A DNA stretch of 63,372 nt, counting the filler. It is 14 parts of 14 records of this genome, joined end to end, with 100 filler letters (N's around TTAATTAATTAA, not from the genome) between each part and the next. Parts side by side here need not be neighbours in the genome. Positions count along the whole stretch, not along the records: positions 15,657 to 23,909 come from SRR15195285_1857; positions 24,010 to 27,046 come from SRR15195285_1862; positions 27,147 to 30,171 come from SRR15195285_1865; positions 30,272 to 35,604 come from SRR15195285_1867; positions 35,705 to 39,492 come from SRR15195285_1870; 9 more parts are not named here. One strand, given 5' to 3'. The notes below the pieces were generated by a model that was given only the letters and a program-made list of their open reading frames with translations, was not told the DNA's origin and did no database searches. The position numbers and the translations under genes are program-made. Of this stretch, positions 23,548 through 35,761 are shown piece after piece; position 1 is the stretch's first letter, and each line of letters begins with the position of its first letter.

Positions 23548-23600
23548 GCCGAGGGGTTTGACCATCAAGGTCAAACCCCATCAAGGTCAAACCCCTCGGC
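23548..23600. repeat. 16-bp perfect inverted repeat overlapping a 16-bp tandem duplication
   Basis: gccgaggggtttgacc (23548-23563) pairs with ggtcaaacccctcggc (23585-23600); catcaaggtcaaaccc occurs twice (23563-23594). Confidence 0.9.
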
Positions 23601-23601
23601 C

Positions 23602-23686
23602 GCCCCAGCGAGCGGCGGCGTCAAGAAGCGCACCGCTACCGGCCCGGGACGATCGCGCTGCGCGAGATCCGTAAGTACCAGAAGAG
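23602..23686 (+). pseudogene. H3: Histone H3 fragment with a 1-nt deletion frameshift
   Basis: Reads APASGGVKK-(CG)-HRYRPGTIALREIRKYQK, matching H3 [24 protein letters not shown].YQKS with one base missing from the Pro codon. It is followed by donor GTGAGC (23687). No H3 N-terminal tail upstream and no histone-fold exon before the contig end. Confidence 0.85.
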
Positions 23687-23909
23687 GTGAGCCAGCCCGC
23701 GACAGGCGTTGCCAGCGGAAGCAGCAAGGGCGGGGGCAGGGGAAAGCACGCGGGGATGCTCCGGAAGCTAGGAGGAACTGCGTTGACCCGCTGGGCGGTC
23801 CGCTAGGTAGCTATTAGACCGCGTAACACAACTACGATGCACCGACGGAACTTTGCTCTGGGCGACGTCAGGAGATAGGGCGAGCTAAAGCATGGATAAT
23901 AACCCACAA

Positions 23910-24009
23910 NNNNNNNNNNNNNNNNNNNNNNNNNNNNNNNNNNNNNNNNNNNNTTAATTAATTAANNNNNNNNNNNNNNNNNNNNNNNNNNNNNNNNNNN
24001 NNNNNNNNN
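23910..24009. other. Artificial contig linker
   Basis: N44-TTAATTAATTAA-N44. Confidence 0.99.
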
Positions 24010-26882
24010 GCGGCGGCGACGGCGGCGGCGGCGGCGGCGAAATGTTCAACGCGCACGGTTGCAGCATCCATCCTTTGCGGTCCACTGGGTCGACCACGGC
24101 TAGGCTCGCCTGCACCACACAGTTGATTCAATTCCAAGAAAACAGATTGACTGATACTCGCAGTGCTATTCCAGCTCTGCTCCAAGTGTCAAGTTCATCT
24201 CTCGTGTAATGAAAGCCATTGAGCACAGCCAATCGTACTGGCAGCTGCTTTCACGCATGCACGCACCGGACGCAGCGGTAGTGTAATCTGCTTCCGCTGA
24301 CCCGCACCAATGTGGGTACGGGCGAACGCCGCTAGCGCCAGCGGCGGAGCAGGGGAGGCTGTATCGTTGCCTGGTACGCGAAACAATCGCATCAGCACCA
24401 GCAGGAAGTTAATTGCAATGTGCACTCGTGATACAAAAGACAAAACAACTCTAAATCAGTCTACAGAACGAAAAAACGCACGGCTGATATAAACCTGTGT
24501 GACCTCGTCGCCATCAAGGTGGCCGGTGTTGCTGACCTCGACTGTCACGTTTACAAGTGCACACTCTGTCGTGGAGATGGTCCTAGTTGTGCCGAATTCC
24601 AGCTTCCGAGTCGTGAAGGTGCTGAAGCTTTGTCCGGAGCCAAAGTGGAACAACGGCGGCTTGTCCATGTAGCGGTATGTGCGGCCACATGCAGCCTTGC
24701 CGCACGAGCCGCGGTCCATCTGGTAGTTCTCAAAAGGCGGGAGCTGCTCCAAGCCGAACGGGACCGTGTACGGAAGCCGGCCCGCAGGGTTGTACGTGCC
24801 GAAGATGACGTCAGCAAGTCCGGTTCCCGCCTCCTCGCCGCCATAACCGGCAATCACAATTGCGTCGGCTCGACCCTGCCAGCTGGGCACGGCCATCGCT
24901 GACCCTCCGATCAGTACGAGGATCAGTTTCGTCCCTGTCGCGCTGATTTCTTCAAGCAGTTGCTCCTGCACCCCTGGGAGAGTGATGATCGTGCGTGTGC
25001 CAGTCTCGTGTTCTTGAGAGCTATCAATGCCAAAGACTGCGATTGTGACTGTTGCCTTCTTTGCGGCCTGAACTGCAGCAGGAAAGCCAGAGGTATTATT
25101 GGACGCCATCTCGCACCCCTTTGTCCACACCAGATCTGGGACCACACGACGGAGGCCTTCTACTGGCGTTGTGTTGTTGTCGTTGTGCCCAGCATAATTT
25201 CCGTAGGCAATCAGATCAGAGTTCGGACCGACAACTGCTAGTGATTGCTCATGTTGGTAGTCCGACGCTTTCAGAGGAAGCACCTTCTTGGCGTTGGTGA
25301 GCAGAACAACTCCTTCCCGCGCCGTCCGTACTGCTAACATGCGATTTTCAGCAGAGTTAGCAGCAGAGCGAGGAATCTTCGTATACGGGTTGGCGGTGGA
25401 TGCCCCCGGTGGATCTAGCAGTCCAAGTTTGATACGCGCGTAGACGAGCCTTCCGAAAGCACGATCAACCAGGCTACTGTTTGTAAGGTTCAGTCTAACA
25501 GCCTCAGCAAGTGCTGCAAATGACTCAGGATTGCCTGCAGCGTCATAACCTCCTCCTAGCGCGAGGTCAGCACCGGCTGCAATTGCATCGGCTGCTGCCT
25601 CAGGCTGCGATGCAGCGTACTCATGATCTGTCTGCGTGAACTTAATGGCACCGGCATCTGAAACAACGTACGCTTTGGACTGCCAAGTGTCGCGCAGCAC
25701 GCCAGTTAAAAGTTCGTGGTCGGCGCAGGCAGGAATACCGTGCGACGGTCCGGGGCAGCTACATGGGTAGCCGTTACAAATGCAGAGCGTATTGTAGCTG
25801 CACATAGTCGATAGTGCACCGGCCTCAGCAATTGCCGCATGAAACTGAGGCAAGAACGTCTCTTGCCAGTCACGCCAGGACAACGAGACTTCTGTGGGCG
25901 AGCGGTGGCCGCGCGTCGTCGCTCCACCGTATGCGTCGAAGTGCTTCGGTGATGCGATGACCTGCACATACTTCTCGTGCGCGCCCTGCATCCCTTTCAC
26001 GTAATCGTAGGCGAGTACCGCAGTCAAAAAGGGATCCTCTCCGTACCTACCCCATTCGGCATTAGTATAAATGCCTGTTGAATGTCTCTGTAAGATTGCT
26101 GGCATTCGTGGTTGGGCATTTCACTAATGTTGAGCGGAGTAATTACGTCTCTTGGGCACGTCCCCACCGTGGGTCGCGCGCAATATTAATCTGAGGAGAG
26201 AAACAAGCGAGGCCATTCGGAGTCGCGGTCTTGTTTGGATACTGTGACGTCGCCTCGAACTCGTTTCGGACGGCACGGGCCTCCTCACCGATCTTATTAC
26301 CCACCTGCTGCAGCAGCTCTCTGTCGAACGACGCCGCGAGCGTGATCGAGTGGGCAAAGACCGTCATGTTTGAGCCACTGCAGTATCCATGCAGGCACTC
26401 CGAGCACGCGTAGGTCTCGATAGTATAGTTTGGCAGCACGATATATCCCGGCGATGACGGGATGCCGCCACCCGGGATGCCCTTCTGGTGCGTTGTCTGG
26501 AGCGAGTTGATCTTCTGCTGCAGGCTAACCCTCGGCAGCAGGTCGGCGATGCGAGCGCCTGGCTCCAGTGACGGGTCGAGGAACGGATATCTACAGTACA
26601 GCAAGAACTCTCGCTGATCAAAACATGACTATCGGGTGACTGGGCAAGATCTTGTACGCCATGCCCCTCCCCTCAGCGCATACCACTGCAGCTGGACAAA
26701 CTGCTCCTCACCGTGAACGACGCGGTTGGCCGGTACGGTGGCCGGCGCCTCTAAGGCATCGCAGGCGGACTGACTGAAAGATTGACTTACGCATATGCGT
26801 CGCTGCTGCTTGCCCATATGATTCTGAGAGAAGCACAGAGCGCGAGCAACCGGGCTCCGAGCGGCCCCGGCCCCCCCACCAT
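24010..26882 (-). CDS. Glycoside hydrolase family 3 (beta-xylosidase/glucosidase type) with a C-terminal Fn3-like domain; 3'-partial
   Basis: Signal exon 26882-26791; introns include 26790-26591, about 26145-26048 and 24266-24110. Motifs [40 protein letters not shown] (nucleophile Asp), NPAGRLPYT, GRTYRY, DGDEVTQVY. The last exon runs into a (GCC)n repeat at the contig edge. Confidence 0.93.
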
Positions 26883-27046
26883 ATCGATCGCGTTCCCGCC
26901 CGTTCGAGCCTGCTAGCGCTCCCAGCCACTGGCACGCGCCGCGATACGATACGCACGCGCGCGCAGCACGCGCGCGCGCGGTACGTAGTCGAGCGGTAGA
27001 TCTACTCTGGAGTAATGGCCATGACAATGTGATTTAGCGGTCGGGC

Positions 27047-27146
27047 NNNNNNNNNNNNNNNNNNNNNNNNNNNNNNNNNNNNNNNNNNNNTTAATTAATT
27101 AANNNNNNNNNNNNNNNNNNNNNNNNNNNNNNNNNNNNNNNNNNNN
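27047..27146. other. Artificial contig linker
   Basis: N44-TTAATTAATTAA-N44. Confidence 0.99.
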
Positions 27147-27171
27147 TGTGTGTGTGTGTGTGTGTGTGTGT
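27147..27171. repeat. (TG)n microsatellite at contig edge
   Basis: Perfect TG run. Confidence 0.9.
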
Positions 27172-27373
27172 ATGCCATACATAGCCACCTGTGGAAAGTG
27201 CACTCACAGATCGACTGCGGGCACTGCTCAGGCGAGCTCTCGGTACACCTTGTGGCGCGTCGACCAATGCGCACAGCTACTGTGCGCTGAGAGTGGCGCA
27301 GAAACGGGAACGGCAGCTCAGCCTCAGGAGGGCGTTCAAACAGGCATCATCAGCAGTGTGTGGCGTGGCGACG

Positions 27374-29783
27374 ATGCACAGGCGCCGTGGGTCCACGGCG
27401 TCAGTGGAGAGCAACGGCAGGAGCACGCGACATAGCGCGTCAGGTCAGGGTGGCGCCGGGAGCCGCCGCGGATCAGTGGAGAGCCAGGGCGGCAGGGGCT
27501 TCGAGAGGAAGCGCCGCCCGTCAGTGGACTCGAGCGCATCATCGCGCGTGTCTGGACCAGACGAAGACACGAGCACGGCGCGTCGGGCACGTACCAGCAC
27601 CTCGCTGCACAAACTGAAGGGCGCGTCGGAGATGGTTGCAACCCTGAAGAAGAAGGGCATTAACGTTAAGAAGACTGATCTGGCCGAGATCCAGGATGTG
27701 CTTCAAAAAGCGAACGATAAAAACATGGAGTCTGAAAAGGAGCTCGCCGCGCTGACTGAGCAGACGGCCAACCAGGAAGCCCAGATAGAATTTCTCACAA
27801 TGCAGCTCGAGGGTGTGAAGTCCGGCATGCACTCGATGAAAATGGAGCTCACAGCCGCCAAGGCGCGCGAGGAGGCGCTGACCGCGGACCTTGCTACAGC
27901 GGGGGAGCTCACGAAGGAGATTTCGCGCCTCGAGGCGCAGCTTGGGGAGGAGAGGATGCGGACCCTCGGGATTGTGGACCAACTGAAGCAGGAAAACTTG
28001 GAAGTGGGCAACGACAGGCGGCGTCTGAGACAGGAACGGGACCAGGCGTTCGAGGAAGCGGCCATCGCGAAGGCAGAGGCAGCGGCAGCTGTGGAGTCCA
28101 TGCGCTTAGAGCTCCGCACAGAAGAGGCCCGGCGAAGAAACCTTTCACGCGACTATGAGCACGTCTCTCGCTGGATGACGCTTGTGGCGAGCGGGAGGAC
28201 GACTTGGCAGCCAGGGCGAACAGGGGACAGGGGGTCAGTGGTTGAGGCGATGACTGCGGGTCGTGCGGAGACGGTATGGTCACGGGGTTGTGCCCATTGG
28301 ATGGGCTCCATAGATGTGGCTGACGTAATGCGAGATGATTTCTGGCTTGGCCAAGTGGAGCAGCAGGCTAAGGGGGCCACCTTGAGTGGGCTGCGCCCTG
28401 TGGAGCTTCAAGGCTTAGAAGGTCCAGAAGGTCGTGCTGGGGCGGAGCCAGTCTCTGCAGCAGCACGTGCGGCAGCTCGGTCCTACATGAGCAGCAACAT
28501 GGAGGACTTAGTCGCGTTGCTGCAGCGCCATCGATCCTCGCTGCGCCACTGCTTCCTTGCATACTGCCGCTCGTGGCCTTTCGGAATCTCGGCTGAGCTG
28601 CTAGCATCATGCAGCAAAAGCACAGCTGGATTCACCGAGGATGAGGATGAAAACGGCAGTAGTGACAAGTCGCCGGAGAGATTCTCTGCTCCGGCTGCAA
28701 AGCTGCTCGAGAATGGATTGGCCGACGCAACAGACGGCGGGATGACGATGCAGGAATTTTGGCGCTTGGCTCAAGACCTTGGTATGGCCCACACAATCCT
28801 GAGTCGTGACGATTGCGACCTCATTTTCCTGCGCTCGAACAAGGCTATTTACGACAGAGAAGCATTTTACCGCGCGGTAGCGGGCGACTCCGACGGTGCG
28901 CCCGCATCTGTCGGGGGGCGAGAGGCGGAGACCTGGGTCCACAAGTTTCAAACGCTTGACATTTCCATGGACTTCCCACAGTTCTGCGAGGCAATTATTC
29001 GGCTGGCTGTGTTGCACGTGCCGCGAAAGCCTTGGGACGGACGTGTCGCTCAGTCACTGAAAGCCAGGGTGGAGTTCTTTCTGACAAAAAATCTGTACCC
29101 TGCAGCGATTGCTGAGGTGAGTGATCTTCGCCCCCTCCGCCCCGTTCCTACCACGTATCGCAACAGCTTCAGCACGATATGCATAGCATGGCGACCACTG
29201 TACCTCGCTGACCGTTTGGACTGTTGCGTGCTCTATGGTATTGCACTGTACGCTCCATACTACAGGATGCGCAACCGTATGTGATCGAGCGTGCTAAAAA
29301 GACAGTGACGTCTGATCCAGTGGCTGCTTCACGAGACCTTCACGCTCTGTCGAAAAGCGTGCGACGTGCACAGAAAGCAGCCGGAGTCCTGCAGCACTCA
29401 GGTCCTGCTGTCACTGTGAGTTCATGTCTCCCCGAGTCTGAGCAGGCTGCGTATCGTCCTTGCTGCGATCCTGCTTCTGTGCTGTGACCTGACGGCTGCC
29501 GTGCGGATCAATGCTGCTGCAACACCAGGTGGCGAAGAACGAGGCGAACCTGCGGCGATCTCGGACGGCCGCTGAGGTACAAGCTGCGCTCGCTTCGCTG
29601 GAGCATAGCACAGTCGGAGAGCACGGATCTTTCACCCCTCGGCAATCGAAGCCTGTTGACTTGGCTTGGGCATCGCGGGCCGATTCTGGTGCCGAGCAGT
29701 GGCGCCAGCATGGGGCTCAAAGTCCTGGATCGCCGCCGAGAGTCGGGGCGGATGACGGCGGCGGCGAGCAGGAACGAGGGTGA
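27374..29783 (+). CDS. Hypothetical coiled-coil protein with a degenerate EF-hand/p25-alpha-like helical region
   Basis: Basic RRGS-repeat N-terminus and a long heptad region, then MTMQEFWRLAQDLG...LSRDDCDLIF...MDFPQFCEAIIRLA. Probable introns 29117-29265 and 29416-29528. Confidence 0.7.
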
Positions 29784-30152
29784 TGGTCCACGCCCGGACC
29801 ACCTGTCGCAATTACATTCATATTTATTGATACGTGCAACACATGCCGTTGGCCTTCAGGCCTGGGCGTGTGCGTGCACACAGACTTCCCTTCATTTTGA
29901 GAAGATTCACGCCACACTTTCACTCGTCCCTTCTTGGGACGCAGCGAGTGCGGCGCTTAGAATGCCGCGTGTTGCTGGTTGACCGCTTGCTGCTCCTCGA
30001 CCACACGGAATGTGTTGATTGTACTCGCGGTGTTCACAGCTGTACACAGAGTCACAGAGTCACGAACCGCACGCAGGCGGTGAGATTCGTACTTCCGACA
30101 AGGCCAGTGGGCACCTGCCGGGGGCGCGAGCGTCTGTGGGAGGTAGGGAAAC

Positions 30153-30171
30153 GGGGGGGGGGGGGGGGGGG
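30153..30171. repeat. Poly-G run at contig edge
   Basis: 19 G residues abutting the linker. Confidence 0.85.
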
Positions 30172-30271
30172 NNNNNNNNNNNNNNNNNNNNNNNNNNNNN
30201 NNNNNNNNNNNNNNNTTAATTAATTAANNNNNNNNNNNNNNNNNNNNNNNNNNNNNNNNNNNNNNNNNNNN
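30172..30271. other. Artificial contig linker
   Basis: N44-TTAATTAATTAA-N44. Confidence 0.99.
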
Positions 30272-30779
30272 ATAGTATGAAAAAGTGAAACATACACAGA
30301 AAATAAATACGACTTGCTAAACAGGCTCAGTACAGTAGGGTGTAGTACAAGTTGGAAGTTACCTCACCGGGTAGATCTATTCCCCGATAGTACCCGGGTA
30401 TCGATAATGTTGATGCGCAGGACCTGAATTTCATCAATGGAAACGTGAACCTTTCTGCACTTGGGAGTGCAGTCCATAGGCTCAGAATATGTTTGCTTCT
30501 ATGTAAAACTCAAACCAATTTCTGCAGACTTGAGAAATAGACACCAGTTACAAACTGCAGATGTTTTTGCGTTGTTTTGAATTCTCCTTATTCCTCCCGC
30601 GGTGTAAAAAAGGAGCTGATATCATCTGCACGCGTGGCATTAGAGCATGGAGCCTCTACCAGCTCGAGCAGCGCGAAACGACTGCTCCTTCTCACGCAGC
30701 GTACGTTCCTAGAGCGTACCGCGTAGTGTAGCAGGCCGGCGTACCCGCTGCACACAGTGCCTTAGAAGTAGGCACGCAG

Positions 30780-31978
30780 ATGCTGCTGCGCAGACTCAGG
30801 ATTACGGCATGTGTCACTAGTAGCGCACAGCACTTCGTCGGCGCTGTGGTGCAACCTGCAAGCTGCAACTCGGCGCATAGCAGCCTGCTCGTGGCGGCGG
30901 CGGCAGCAGCGACGGCGGCGGCGGCGGCGGCGAGTGTAGCGGCAGCGCAGTGCGAGGCAACACCACCAGCACGACCCGCTGCTGCGCCCACGCATGGAAC
31001 ATGGGCGTGGGCATCTCGGTCTGTGTCAATGTCGCCTGACGCCATGGAAGTTCTGTCGCACTGGTACTGCCGTCAGTATGATGGTTCGTTGGCCAAAGGC
31101 ATGCCACGAGACATCGACCCCCGTGCTGCCTGCGGAACGCCAAGCAACGCACGTGAGGAGCAGTTGATCAAAGCCCAGTGGGTCGGGTCAAAGTCTGGCT
31201 GGCAGGACAGATTGTTGTCAGCTTCGTCACGAACAGATGTAGAACTCGGCGACGGCAAGGCGTGGTGGCAAACACTGCACGAGAGAGCCAGACGTGGCGA
31301 GTTAGACTCGTGGCAGGAGTCGCCGTGGGAAACACTAGCATTGGTGCTCCTTTTGGATCAGGTCCCACGCATACTGTTGGAAGGGCCAGACATCCTGCAC
31401 TCGGATAGCAAGGCATTGGCAATTACCCTCGCGGCCATCGAACGTGGCGCCGATCTTGAGCTGCCGCCAGCGTGGCGAATTTTTTTCTACTTTCCACTGA
31501 TGCACGCTGAGGAAGTGGCGCCACAAGAACTCGGCGTGAGGTGAGCACACCACCTGCGTGTTCGCACGTGGCCGGCGTAGTGCAGTTCAGCGATTGTACA
31601 AACAACTTCATCCGTTTGCAGAGGGTTGCTGCCTCACCATCCATTGTAGCTAACAATCTGGCTTGTGGTGATCTTGCCAGCTGCTTCCGCGCTTTGGCGG
31701 AGGTAGCGCCTGGCTTTGCAGTGATGATCAAAAGTGCAATCGCACACCTTGAGCCAGTGCAGCTATTCGGACGGTTGCCAGAACGTAACAAAATGCTCGG
31801 GCGCCAAAGCAGGTAGGTCTTTCTCCGGCATGCTTGCAATGGCTGTGCATCTGCATCCTCGACCTGCTGACCACGATCGTTCTGGTGCCGTTCGACCGCG
31901 CCGTGGTTTGATCGTCGCGATGTTTGTGGTTTCAGCGACGACGAGGTCAAGTATTTAAAGGATCACCCAACAGCATGA
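30780..31978 (+). CDS. DUF924-family protein with an Arg/Ala-rich, mitochondrial-type presequence
   Basis: Motifs LALVLLLDQVPR, D.KAL, RIFFYFPLMHAE, FGRLPERN.MLGRQS.DDE..YL. Introns 31541-31680 and 31813-31935 restore the frame. Confidence 0.85.
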
Positions 31979-32330
31979 CTCATCATTGCACACTGCAAGG
32001 CACGCCGCCAAGCAGAAGCTTTCAAAGCGAAGTTCGGCCGCGCCCCGACTCTCTCGGAGGTGGCACGATAGAGTTGTCGTGCTCTCGTCGATATTTATAT
32101 ACTGATAGCTCAGAGATAGACCGACCTCACCTTGCATGGACAGGTAGGGTAGAACGATGTGCTGTGAGCAGGCAGACTGGTGCAAATGACGTGTGCGTGT
32201 AAGCTAACGCAGGCTGCTTCAGCAGTCTCTGGTGCTTCTGCATACAGATGCGACGCCGGCAGTAGCGTGCGAAGGTTTGATCATTCTTGGAGTGGATCAT
32301 CCAATAACAACCCAACGATTTGCGAGCATG

Positions 32331-32360
32331 GTCCATCCCATTCAAGTCCATCCCATTCAA
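32331..32360. repeat. 15-bp exact tandem duplication (intergenic)
   Basis: gtccatcccattcaa occurs twice. Confidence 0.9.
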
Positions 32361-32632
32361 CCCCTGCACCTGTAGTATACACACCGACCTGCCAGCTCTT
32401 CGCCTTGGCTCGCCATCCAACCTAGCCCAGCCGTATGGAGCATGTTCCATCTTTTGCACCATGCTGCCGCGCCGCGCGCATTGCCTCATCGCTCGATTTG
32501 AGACACCATCGCGGTTTCGCCAGAAAGCACCCTCGGACAGAAACTTATTGAGCTGGTTTCGATGCAGCCGTGCCGCGCCGGGTTTCGACCGTGGACAATG
32601 TTTTTGTCGCGTAGGTGTGAGACTACGCAGGC

Positions 32633-35528
32633 CTACGCAGCAGTCCGACGGTAGAAGTACAAGTATCCGCACTCAAGTGGCGGATCTGGGCACTCTTGAA
32701 CCTTCTCGTCGTTGAAAACCAACCATCGGCCTTCCTTTTTCAGGTGGCAGACATAGTGACCCGATGTCACAGACTTTCCGATGTGAGAGATGAAGCCCAT
32801 AAGCTCGTACTGCCCAGCGCCATCTTGACTTTCCGCGGCAACAACCGCTGCAGAGTCGCCCCCACCTGCAGAAACGGCAGGGGTTGCATCATCACCGGCG
32901 CCGTCATCGTCCATGTGCGAGAAAATCCAATCACTTGCTCGCTCTGGATCGTTGCCTGTCGCGCGCAGTGCCTTCTCACACTTAGCCTGGTCAAAGCCCA
33001 TCGACATCAGCATCATCAACGCCTCCTCTGGCACCGGCGCGTCAGCTGCTGCTCCACCGCTACTCGTGGCCTCGGCTGCTTCCTCTGGCATGGCCTCTTC
33101 ACCTGCCTGTAGCCCACCGGAGCCCCGTAGAGATGCGAGATCAAGGGTCTCAGGCATATGCAGCGAGACCTCAAGTTTCTTAGGGACCCAATCTGCGCCC
33201 GTAACTTCACGACGGATCTGTATCGCAAGCAACGGCGGGAAGGAGCCAAAACGCTGACGCTTGTTGGCAACTCCGCCGCGGAAAGCCAGCCCGTCCTCCT
33301 CAGCCTTCCATCCATCCAGGGCTGCAGCAAACGGCACGTCCGGGACAACCACTTCCATCTCGTCCGCGGTGCGCTTGCCGCCGACTGCAGCAGCGTCTGC
33401 CTCCTGCTTCTTCGCGTTGTATGCTGCGACCTCCTCGAGGTTGAGAGCTGCTTCCATCGGCACTGCAAGGGACAGATTCTTTTCGACATGCTTCTTGTAC
33501 AGCACCTTGCCGTTGGACTCGAACCTCTCCTCGACCGCAAAGTCGAAAAGTGCGCCAGGGTTGCCGCCGCTGCCGAATCGACCACTGGCCGCATGCTCTG
33601 CGCGCTCCAGCTTGTCCAGTCTACGTGCACCATTTCATGGGCACACACATGCAAAAGTCAGAGGACAAACTGGTGAAGATTGAGGCAGGAACGAGATGGA
33701 CCTTACAGGTAGATGAAATATTCGTGTGCATCCTGCTGCTTCATTCCTCCAAATTCAGGGTGCCCTTTGCCGACGACGCTCTTCAGCGCGCGCGGCTTTA
33801 CCCCGTCGTCGTCAGCCACACCCGCACAAGCCACAGTGCCCCCCTCTGGTGTGCCCTGCTTCGAGTAATCACCTGAATGCAGACCTGCTGCGAGCTTGGC
33901 GAACTGCGTGAGCAGATTTTTCGTTGGGTCGCCGTCAGTCGCATCGTAGATCGCCTTGGCTTGGTCCGCGAAGCGCTGCTTGAACTCCGGCAGGTGGATT
34001 AAACTTTGGCAGACAGAGTTCATGTAGCAGGAGTTACCCATGTTGATCATGCCCTGGATCAACAAACGACATTAGCAGTCATCATCCAGCGAGTATGTCC
34101 AGTGACGACAAGCACAACCCAAACCAGAAACACACCCAGAGATATATTAGTGGACAAGATAACCAAACGCAGCGAGCTGGGTTCGAGACAACGAGGCGCA
34201 CTGTGTAGCCAGGGCCCTTCACGACCGCGCCGCTGCCGTCACCGGTGATCCGACCGAAATCGTGCGTCATATTGAGCTCGAGCTGCAGCTCTTGCATGTC
34301 CTTCTCTGTCTTGACCATCTTCATGATGTCTATCCCTAAACGTGCAAGCAGCTCGCCCAGGCGCTCTTTCGGCATCGTGACCGAGTCGTCCTCTTCATAG
34401 CTATAGATGTCTGCACCGTCCGGTGTGATCGTCCCCAGTTTCACTGCTAGCGGGTAATGCTTACCCGCAGCCTTCATCTCTGCGTAATGGTCGAGCGCCG
34501 TATTGTTGCCACCGGAGCCGTCGAAATTCTTCCGCCCGCCGCCGATAAAGCCATCCGACAGATTAACCCACAGGCTCGCGCTCGTGCCAGGGCCAGTCTT
34601 GTCTGCAAGAACGTCGCCTGTCTTGCTACACTTCCAGTCGGCGCGTTTGGGTGAGATCTTTACCCCGTTGTCCTCCAGCGGCAACGCTGCGTGCCACTTA
34701 GTCTCGCGGAGCTCGTCTTTGAAGGCCTCGAGATCAGCGGCGTTGCCCATGTCCTTGTGCTGCAGCAGCGCTTCGATCGACGCCTGGACGCTGCCAGGAA
34801 GCACGGGTGCGGTGACATTGTTGTCATCGTCCAGCTCCAGCGGGATCTCCTTGACCGCGTCGTCGAGGAGTGCAACCAGCTTGTAAGCGGTGTCATAGTC
34901 CTTTTTGTCCGCGGCTGCTGCCGCGTTAATGGCGTCTGCTACGGACTTATGCTCCTCGCCCTCTGGCTGCTTTTCCGTGGGCTTGCGGCGCGATGTGATG
35001 TTCAGGTACAGGCGATCGCCGGTCTTCTGGCGGTGGAAGTCCAGGAACGCGCCACCCACGCCGAGGAAAGACGTGAGGCTGACATTAAGGCCAGTCTCTG
35101 ACGTCGGACGCGCGAACGACCAGGCGCACTCTTCCTTGTGCACGGCGTCCTCCGCCGCCGGCTTTTTGGCCATTCCCAGCAGCGGAGCGAGCGCCGCCGC
35201 GTGCTCACCCGCGTCGTCTGGGCCGTATTCCTTCGCAGGCGCCGCGGCAGGAGGAGCCTCTGGCATTTGAAACCAGAACTCCTCGGGTTCATCCATGTGT
35301 TGCTGCGACAAGAAGGCGGCAGCCGCACCAGTGCGCCCAGACACTATTCAGGTGGTGCTCACCGAGAGCAGGTACAGCGCCTGACCGGCGTGGGATCAAA
35401 GCGCGCGGCAGCAAGGAAGCACGGCTCACCATGATGTAGTTGATCGCCGCCTCGGGGTTGTCCCCACACTCCGCCAGCGCCTTCTTGGCCTGGTACTCCG
35501 CAAATCCCATCTGCAGGATGGTATCCAT
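32633..35528 (-). CDS. USP5: Ubiquitin C-terminal hydrolase of the USP5/USP13 (UBP14, isopeptidase T) family
   Basis: N-terminal UBA exon (intron 35429-35303). ZnF-UBP-like LWVNLSDG...[11 protein letters not shown]...YPLAVKLGTIT...DIYSY. Cys box GMINMGNSCYMNSV; QQDAHEY; internal UBA (LMSMGFD...AL.ATGND.E.A.DWIFSH); His box SHIG....GHYVCH...FNDEKV. Confidence 0.93.
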
Positions 35529-35580
35529 TGCCGCTCTTCTCCTTCCAGCAGCAACGGCTCCAGCTCTAGCTCCTCGTCCA

Positions 35581-35604
35581 GCAGCAGCAGCAGCAGCAGC
35601 AGCA
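35581..35604. repeat. (GCA)8 microsatellite at contig edge
   Basis: Perfect trinucleotide run. Confidence 0.9.
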
Positions 35605-35704
35605 NNNNNNNNNNNNNNNNNNNNNNNNNNNNNNNNNNNNNNNNNNNNTTAATTAATTAANNNNNNNNNNNNNNNNNNNNNNNNNNNNNNNNNNNNNNNN
35701 NNNN
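35605..35704. other. Artificial contig linker
   Basis: N44-TTAATTAATTAA-N44. Confidence 0.99.
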
Positions 35705-35734
35705 CTCCTGCTCCTGCTCCTGCTCCTGCTCCTG
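35705..35734. repeat. (CTCCTG)5 repeat at contig edge
   Basis: Perfect hexamer run. Confidence 0.9.
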
Positions 35735-35761
35735 ATGCCATCATACAGTGCTCGCAGTAGA

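Noticed and set aside
30272-30640. AT-richer stretch as a possible ncRNA or transposon end
   Set aside because: No tRNA cloverleaf, snRNA motif or terminal repeat recognised; an Infernal/Rfam scan would be needed.
32127-32672. 181-aa ORF between DUF924 and USP5
   Set aside because: No motifs; it overlaps the USP stop region and contains a local tandem duplication, so it is probably UTR or intergenic.
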